A DNA stretch of 64,000 bases from Malacoraja senta (Eukaryota), in contig CM075977.1 of assembly GCA_038087875.1 (NCBI GenBank), positions 243,102,001-243,166,000 of the forward strand, given 5' to 3'. The translations under genes and the position numbers were made by a program. Within the stretch, counting starts at the first letter, position 1; every line of letters starts with the position of its first letter. The notes under the pieces are model-generated. The model was not told the origin of the DNA, made no database searches, and worked only from the letters and a program-made list of their open reading frames with translations. This document shows positions 62,640 through 64,000 of this stretch, piece after piece.

Positions 62640-62902
62640 GAGAAACATGGAACTGCAGATGCTGGTTTATATCAAACATAGACACAAAGTGCTGGAGCAA
62701 CTCAGCGGGTCAAGCAGCATCTCTGGAGAAAAAGGATGGGTGACGATTCGGGTTGGGACCCTTCTTCAGACTCAAGTCTGAGGAGTCTGAAAAGTTCTTC
62801 AGAGTCTGAAGAAGGGTCCCATCCTGAAACGTTACCCATCCTTTTTCTCCAGAGATGCTGCCTGATTCGTTGAGTAACTGCCGGCACTTTATGTCAATCT
62901 AT
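62640..62902. mobile_element. Palindromic Penelope-derived element with hammerhead motifs on both strands
   Basis: Minus-strand motif at about 62742-62771. Plus-strand GTCTGAAGAAGGGTCCCATCCTGAAACGTT at about 62803-62833. Inverted arms of about 95 bp. Confidence 0.9.
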
Positions 62903-64000
62903 AGAAGATTACAGCACAGGAAAGGGCCCTTTGGAATACAATGATTGTGCCAAACATGATGCCAAACTAAACTAATCTCATCTGCCTGCACATGATCCAT
63001 AACTCTCCATTCCCTGCATTATCATGTGCCTATTTGAAGTCAGTTTGAAAATAACTAAACATTGGCAAAGATTCAAGCAAGACCTTCTTGTATTCAACAT
63101 TTCCGTTATGTGGATGTTGAAATCTCAGTTACACTTTCTAGTACCTATTGCCCTCAGCCCACAATAATGCTATTAACCTCTGCTGATATCTGTGAATCTA
63201 TATAACTGTGTGTCTTGCATAACAATCAGATGAGTTCCTGGTATTTTAAAAGCTGTGATGTTGATTTGGCAAATCATCCATAAACAACTATTGATCCCAG
63301 TACACCAGTTAAATTAGTTGCTTACAGACGAGTTTGATGCCTATGTTGAAACCCACCACCTGGATAATGCGCCATGGTGAATTTTTCATCTTATTTGACT
63401 GGAAATCTTAATCATGTTTTAAAAACAGACTTTTATCTGCTGTAGAGATGTCAAATGAGACCCTAACAGAACATCTGTAGAAAGACAATTATTATTTCAG
63501 CTTGAAGATCTTTCATCAGATCTGATGCATGGCCGATGATCTGAAACATTAACTCCAGTTCTCCCTCCACAGTGGCTGCCTGACCCTTTGACCATCTCCA
63601 CCATCTTCTGTCTTATTTTTATATCAGATTGCCATCATCTACAGTACTTTCCTTCCATACCTGACAATGTTTCAATGCCTTGTTAAAATGTCAGCTGTAA
63701 ATTACTTTAAGTTGACTCCTTGGGAATGTTCAGTATTTTCCATGCTATTAATATTTAATGATTCTAAACTAGGCAAATATAAATACCCTTTACTGCCTAT
63801 CTTTCTTCCAAAACTTTCTCAGCAACATGTCAAAGTCATATAAGCTTTGTCTTTCACATGAGAGTATGCTTTTATTTCTTTCATTCATAATGACATTTTC
63901 AGCAGGAAAATGATATATGACCTTAGTTTAGTTTAGTTTATTATTGTCACATGTAACAAGACACAATGTAAAGCTTTTTTTTGTGTGCTGTGTAATCAGT

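Overview
Repeat-dense vertebrate genomic DNA, most likely from a cartilaginous fish (skate/ray; inferred from the CR1, tRNA-SINE and Penelope repeat set). No host protein-coding gene is confidently recognisable. The main content is four divergent, decayed DIRS1-type tyrosine-recombinase retrotransposons: A 8006-12369 (-), B 21423-24648 (+, runs into a 200-N gap), C 37298-41734 (+) and D 42807-47670 (-). The shared layout is gag, RT-RNaseH-adenine-methyltransferase-like, tyrosine recombinase, short ITRs and an internal complementary region (ICR); B's 3' part is hidden in the gap and most of A's ICR is deleted. Every visible terminus ends in a 3-bp ATT core that matches the ICR circle junction. 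Comparing the copies suggests an expression scheme I do not recognise from the literature. A conserved phase-0 splice donor (GAG|GTAGGT) at the start of pol and a phase-0 acceptor at the ATG-less start of the recombinase ORF would remove all of pol, and an HIV-like T TTT TTA -1 slippery site lies in the gag/pol overlap. Other elements: an ERV-like remnant with its 3' LTR plus a related solo LTR, many Penelope-derived short elements with minimal hammerhead ribozyme motifs (often as inverted pairs), a complete non-autonomous Helitron, MITEs, L1, CR1 and Rex1/Babar LINE fragments, tRNA-SINEs and simple repeats. Boundaries of old fragments are approximate.
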